A DNA stretch of 53,854 nucleotides, taken from an uncultured virus (IMG/VR IMGVR_UViG_2778261679_000001) (lineage: Duplodnaviria > Heunggongvirae > Uroviricota > Caudoviricetes). A program made the position numbers and the translations under genes. This document shows positions 49,278-53,854 of this stretch, piece after piece; within the stretch, counting starts at the first letter, position 1; each line of letters opens with the position of its first letter. The DNA lies in IMG/VR virus record IMGVR_UViG_2778261679_000001. One strand, written 5' to 3'. The notes under the pieces are model-generated. The model saw only the letters and a program-made list of their open reading frames with translations. It did no database searches and was not told where the DNA came from.

Positions 49278-49576
49278 GAAATCATTATAAACAATCGATT
49301 TTTAAAAATCAACCCTAAAAATGCATTTTTTTGTATTTTTTTTCTATGTTTATATTTTGTTAAAAAAGTACTTATGAGAATGCTTCTTTCTCAACAAAAG
49401 ACTTACATAAACCAACCGATTGAAGATTGGTTAGAAAGGCAGTCAGAAACGATGCAGATCAGGTAAGATATTTAAAAGATTTTCTTTTTTCTGTTTTTTT
49501 CATGACTTATTGCTTTTATCTCTTATTGTTGCTATACTTACTTCATATTATTTATTACAACAATTAAGGTTTAAAA

Positions 49577-50185
49577 ATGCTTAAAAAAATAACATTAGGG
49601 TTAGCTGTTATTGCCGCTTCTTTAACTGCCAATGCGTCTGACATTACAACCACTGTCGTTAAAAACGATAATCTTACTATTGAGCACACTTTTACACCTG
49701 CTGTTAGTGCTTTTGGTGTTCCTTTTGGCGTTAAGTATGACGTCACAGAAGAAAACCCTAATGTTAGAAGCATTGTTTCAAAAGGCAACAATAATTTAAT
49801 TCAACTATCTGTTGATAAAAATCCTTACTTTAAAACCGCTTATGTAAATACCAATCAGAATCAAATGCCTTATGAAGTTAGCGCAACTAGCACCATCTTT
49901 GAAAGTGTAAAAAAAGCAAGTGAGGCTTTTAATAATGTCGCTATGGTTCTAAGTGATAAATATGAAATAGTCAAAGACGTAACTAAAAAAGAAAATTCAA
50001 ATGGCACTTTTTATTACTTATCTGAACATAAGAAAGATACTGTTTCTATTTTACTTAAAATGCAAGAGTATGAAAAACTCATTAATGGTCGAAAAAGCAC
50101 TTATTACAAGATAATCATCAATTACACCGATTCTAAATACAAGAGTAACAAGATGCAATCCGATCCATTGTTCAATATTTTGTAA
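49577..50185 (+). CDS. secreted hypothetical protein
   Basis: Signal peptide ending ANA-S. Confidence 0.75.
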   Translation: MLKKITLGLAVIAASLTANASDITTTVVKNDNLTIEHTFTPAVSAFGVPFGVKYDVTEENPNVRSIVSKGNNNLIQLSVDKNPYFKTAYVNTNQNQMPYEVSATSTIFESVKKASEAFNNVAMVLSDKYEIVKDVTKKENSNGTFYYLSEHKKDTVSILLKMQEYEKLINGRKSTYYKIIINYTDSKYKSNKMQSDPLFNIL

Positions 50186-50483
50186 AACAAAAACTTACAT
50201 TTAATTAGCCGCTTCATGCGGCTTTTTTTGTTTTAAAACTTGAAAAATAAAAAATAATAAATTATTGTTGTTTTTCAAGTTCGAGTTTGTTATAATGATT
50301 TCATAGTCGGACTTCAAGTAAACACCCACTTGATTGGACGCTATGAGTGGGTACGCTCGACCTCTTCTGAAATAGTCGATATACGTTCAAATCTAAATAC
50401 ATTTAAGCTAAGTGGTTTCCAATTTTAGGCTTAAATAGTAACGAAGAGAGCTATTACAATGCCTAGTTATTGAGGACAAACTT

Positions 50484-51113
50484 ATGCATAACATGTTTAA
50501 TATTTCTACTGTATCAGAACTAGAATCCGCTTTTCAACACTACCTTAAACACTTAAGCGTTGATCACAGCATTACTCTAAGCAAGAAAACAAAAGCCCAA
50601 AACACCTTTGCGCACTTTTTAGGGTATGAAAACTATTCTCTTGCTCTTTCTGAGATCGAGAAAAAAGAAAATTCAAAATTACTATTAGAGAATGGAACAC
50701 CAACGGAAAATATTTATTGTTCAAGAGTTTCTAAAGGTTATGAAATTGAAACAACAATGATAACAGATGATGGAACACACACTGTTCATTTTGATTCTTC
50801 ACCTATTTTTTTAGAACTTCTTTCAAAAGGTAATCACAAAGGAATTGTTGATTTGGTTCATCGATTGAAAGAAGACGATTTTATGTCGGGTTATGGCACT
50901 GATGACCTTGCTCTGCACTTCTCTAACTATGACGGTTCTAATGAACAATATCTTCAAGTCCGTTATGCTTTCGAACATAATGAACAATTACCAGAAGATA
51001 TTGAAGAACGTGGTTTTTCTGTTAATGTAGACGAGCACCAGATCTTAAAATGGTGTCAACGATTCTGTGACTCTAATACTGTTAAGTCTGTTAAATCAAT
51101 TATTCTTGAATAA
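50484..51113 (+). CDS. hypothetical protein with long structured leader
   Basis: GAGG RBS; AQNTFAHFLGYENY helix motif. Confidence 0.75.
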   Translation: MHNMFNISTVSELESAFQHYLKHLSVDHSITLSKKTKAQNTFAHFLGYENYSLALSEIEKKENSKLLLENGTPTENIYCSRVSKGYEIETTMITDDGTHTVHFDSSPIFLELLSKGNHKGIVDLVHRLKEDDFMSGYGTDDLALHFSNYDGSNEQYLQVRYAFEHNEQLPEDIEERGFSVNVDEHQILKWCQRFCDSNTVKSVKSIILE

Positions 51114-51217
51114 TTAATTATTATATCAATAAAGCTAGGCGTTGATTCGTCTAGCTTTTTTTATTTTTAAAGAACCAAAAAAAAACCTGTCCAAAGACAG
51201 GCTTTTTTCTTTGTATT

Positions 51218-51652
51218 TTAAGCTGAATGATTTTCTATCTGCTTTTGCACTTTTGTTAAAAATATATGAGTTCCATTAACAGTCACACCTCTTTCATCTT
51301 GAATTGTTATGAATTTTTTTGTTCCCTCGACTAATTCATCTGTTGTCGGAAACGGGTTCAAAGCTTTTACTGATAATTTAACTCTTGATAGTTTTACTTT
51401 ACATTTTTCAATGCTTTCTAAAATCGGTACAACAGCAGCGATCATATCATATTTTGGAAAGATACTTGATTTCTTATAACCCACAACTATTTCTAGTGGA
51501 GTATCAAGAATATTCATTACAATTTCAACAGAGTCTTTATTTCTATTCTCAATCAATTCGAAATCTTTGTTCAACTTATTCATTGGGTGTATACCAACGA
51601 TATGAGCTTTAAATTCAGACGTTGATTCAAAAGAAATTGGAAATTTTGACAT
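51218..51652 (-). CDS. hypothetical protein
   Basis: AGG RBS; minus-strand promoter. Confidence 0.7.
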   Translation of the reverse strand: MSKFPISFESTSEFKAHIVGIHPMNKLNKDFELIENRNKDSVEIVMNILDTPLEIVVGYKKSSIFPKYDMIAAVVPILESIEKCKVKLSRVKLSVKALNPFPTTDELVEGTKKFITIQDERGVTVNGTHIFLTKVQKQIENHSA

Positions 51653-51798
51653 TTTTGATACCTATCGGTCATTAATATAGAATTATTATAACAATGTTTT
51701 TCTTTAAAAACAAACAATTTGATTGCTTTTTTTGTGTTGCTTTTTTTGGTTTGTTTTGCTATTATTTGTTTAATTCTTAACCTTGTTAGGGAAATGAA

Positions 51799-51951
51799 AT
51801 GATTGATTCAGCTTACGGTGAAGGACAGGTCAGCGTTTACAAAGAAAGTAAACACATTTGTAACGTCAGTTACTAGGGTGGAAAATTTCAAAAACCTGTT
51901 TCTTCGCACTTATCGAAATACATTGTTAAAATTATCGATGAATATGGCTGA
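51799..51951 (+). pseudogene. 50-codon ORF interrupted by in-frame TAG
   Basis: MIDSAYGEGQVSVYKESKHICNVSY*GGKFQKPVSSHLSKYIVKIIDEYG; TAG at 51874-76. Confidence 0.45.
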
Positions 51952-51979
51952 AGCTAAACTACAGATATAGGAATAAAAA

Positions 51980-52300
51980 ATGAAATATTTTATGGTCAAT
52001 GTTAAGCTTTATACCCTTGACGAAAAAGGTGTTGAAAACGGAACTATCACTACAACACATGTTCCTACTATTGCAAAAGATAGTCTAAGCGCAAAAGCTT
52101 GTGCTGTTGTGTGGCAAAGTGACGGTGGTATTGCTACTATTGATAATCAACGTCCAGAAGATTTTGTTTGCATTGAAAAAGAACGTGGTTATTCTTGGGT
52201 TGTCACTCGCTGTATTGAAGTTACACAAGAAGAATTTGATATTTTTCGTTCTATAACAAGCGGTATTTCAGAAAACGCTTATTGCAAACAAGAAGATTAA
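51980..52300 (+). CDS. hypothetical protein
   Basis: AGGA RBS. Confidence 0.75.
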   Translation: MKYFMVNVKLYTLDEKGVENGTITTTHVPTIAKDSLSAKACAVVWQSDGGIATIDNQRPEDFVCIEKERGYSWVVTRCIEVTQEEFDIFRSITSGISENAYCKQED

Positions 52301-52305
52301 AAACA

Positions 52306-52337
52306 AAAAAAGCCTTGATTCGGAGTCAAGGCTTTTC
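52306..52337. terminator. bidirectional intrinsic terminator
   Basis: AAAAAAGCCTTGATTCGGAGTCAAGGCTTTT. Confidence 0.8.
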
Positions 52338-52343
52338 TTTGAT

Positions 52344-52514
52344 ACTTATAACTGAATCTCGTGTGCTCAATTATTTTTCAATATTGAGTTAACTAGCAAA
52401 ACTAATTATCCTGATTCTTTTGTGAATTCTTTCGAATGGTAATAACACAATAGCTCACGTGGACAACAGGGATTACCATATTGCTACCCACCTCACCTTC
52501 TTAGGCTATAAGTC
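52344..52514 (-). ncRNA. ~170-nt structured RNA (or 25-codon micro-gene mRNA)
   Basis: Minus promoter TTGATT(52548-43)-N17-TATAAT(52525-20); closing stem ACUUAUAGC/GUUAUAAGU. Confidence 0.5.
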
Positions 52515-52642
52515 TTTTTATTATAGTCTCATATCAAAGATAAATCAAGAGATTTTTTTTGCTTTAAATTTTAATTAAAACTAGATTTTTACCCCTATCT
52601 CTTATATAATATAATCTCTTTAAACGAATGAGGTTTTTTACA

Positions 52643-52846
52643 ATGCAAGCCAATTCAAAACTGCACAAATGGTTTCAGCAACGTTTCCCAAATATTGCTG
52701 ATAAAACAACTGTTCAAAACGGAGAAGTCGTTTCTGCAGAACCTAGCAATTCCAATATTGCTAATGCTCTAATTATCGCTAGTGAATCTTGGGACGAGGG
52801 TTACGATCAAGGCTGTTATGAATCAACAAATTCAACAGGTGAGTAA
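52643..52846 (+). CDS. hypothetical protein
   Basis: GAGG RBS. Confidence 0.65.
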   Translation: MQANSKLHKWFQQRFPNIADKTTVQNGEVVSAEPSNSNIANALIIASESWDEGYDQGCYESTNSTGE

Positions 52847-53139
52847 TGAAAGTTTATCACGGAACAACAAAAGCAAAGCTTGAACGAATTAAAGAAGAGG
52901 GTATTAATCCACCGTCTTATTGGGGAGACCTTGATATCGCAAGTGATTATTCAGATGGCGTTATCTTAGCTGTCGAACTTGAAGATTTCCCCTTTATTGC
53001 CAATGTTCAACTTTCTGAAGCTATCGCAGAATCAGACGAAGAACACGTTGTTTTAAAAGAAGAAGAAGTGCAACGTTCGCTAGAAGAACTAGACAGCGTT
53101 GTTTGTAATGATCGTATTTTTAATTTTGAGGTAATTTAA
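52846..53139 (+). CDS. hypothetical protein, possible ADP-ribosyltransferase-like fold
   Basis: N-terminal VYHGT...I..EGI. Confidence 0.6.
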   Translation: MKVYHGTTKAKLERIKEEGINPPSYWGDLDIASDYSDGVILAVELEDFPFIANVQLSEAIAESDEEHVVLKEEEVQRSLEELDSVVCNDRIFNFEVI

Positions 53140-53140
53140 A

Positions 53141-53410
53141 ATGTCTAATCAAATCACAGAAGTAACTGAAGCAATCTCTGAGTTTCTTGATTCACACCGT
53201 AATCAAGAAGTTGAAACAAATCTTTGTTCTTGTGGTGCAATCACAATGACAACGTTTGAAAGTAGTGATTCTATTCAATTTAAATCTGAAAATGCACCAT
53301 TTATCAAGTCTACCAATAATATGATCTTAGATAACTGCAATCATTGTGTTAACAATTGGGGCGTGGACATTGATGAAGAATACGAAGACGAGGAAGACGA
53401 GGAAGACGAG
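53141..53410 (+). CDS. Cys-containing acidic protein; C-terminus of the ORF (to 53572) probably chimeric
   Basis: CSCG...CNHCVNNWG in AT-rich sequence, then an abrupt GC switch. Confidence 0.6.
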
Positions 53411-53854
53411 GAGGTGGCTGGTGTTGTCACCCCGGCTGCAAACCCCTCGGCGGAGGGTGTCGTGGAACGTCAGGAAACGGAGATGCATTGTCCCCACTGT
53501 TTTCTGCTGGTGAAGACGGCCTCTGTCGCCGAGACCGGTGAGTGCGGACACTGTGGGGGGCCGATCTCGTAGGGTTCCCTGCGGCGATCGGCTTACTGCT
53601 ATGGAGGAGTCGACGAGGCCTGCAGGTGCCGACGACCAGGATGTCCTGCGTCGGTTAGCTGGAGCAGCCCGGGCCGACCTCGACGGCAAGCGGGGCGGCG
53701 ACGTCAAAGTCCACGTCGCCGCTCACGGCAAGCTGTCCCTCTGCGGCCTCGAGGCACACATCCTGCTCGTCGAAGAGACGCGTCATGCGTCCTGACCTTC
53801 TTTCGTGACGTCGACATCGGGCGACCAGCCATCGATGGTGGCATCGTAGTCTCG
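53384..53854 (+). other. high-GC foreign segment joined through (GAAGACGAG)3
   Basis: Abrupt composition and codon change after the low-complexity repeat. Confidence 0.8.
53601..53795 (+). CDS. hypothetical protein in the high-GC segment
   Basis: GC3-rich frame; next ATG at 53785 overlaps it. Confidence 0.4.
   Translation: MEESTRPAGADDQDVLRRLAGAARADLDGKRGGDVKVHVAAHGKLSLCGLEAHILLVEETRHAS

Noticed and set aside
49375..49467. 30-codon ORF MRMLLSQQK...
   Set aside because: No RBS or clear promoter; at most a gene remnant.
1..53400. Genome-wide TAG recoding
   Set aside because: ORFs are intact in the standard code and several end cleanly in TAG (7831, 10768, 25063, 47826); only one interrupted ORF was seen.
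728..53707. Antisense and alternate-frame ORFs in the track (e.g. 728-937, 9917-10279, 14047-14469, 20025-20402, 35582-35969, 53327-53707)
   Set aside because: They are shadows of better-supported genes, lack an RBS or promoter, and have atypical composition.

Overview
This is an AT-rich (roughly 30% GC, estimated by eye) segment of a large lytic phage genome, probably a jumbo phage. The host is most likely Vibrionaceae or another gammaproteobacterium, judged from a GlyGly-CTERM trypsin protease and a FruB-type HPr. It looks like an early/accessory region: about 100 short, mostly + strand, mostly hypothetical ORFs. Nearly every ORF has its own sigma70-like promoter (TTGMTT-N17-TATAAT), often fused into the upstream terminator hairpin. 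Recognisable proteins are an HD-domain small alarmone hydrolase, a dCMP/cytidine deaminase, an HPr, a trypsin protease, a GNAT, a fibrinogen-domain protein and two HExxH peptidases. A tRNA cluster at 38.6-40.3 kb holds Leu(TAA) x2, CAT x2, Glu(TTC), Arg(TCT), a CUA-anticodon tRNA with a reduced D arm, and tRNA remnants. The most interesting signals are non-coding. First, a ~710-nt stand-alone transcript (40957-41667) built from five homologous stem-loop/pseudoknot modules with compensatory changes. Second, two paralogous ~96-nt minus-strand sRNAs sharing a CCUCAUAUUGU core. Third, ~190-nt and ~170-nt structured RNAs. After ~53410 the sequence switches abruptly to high GC across a GAAGACGAG repeat, most likely an assembly chimera. 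All calls were made by eye, with no database searches.
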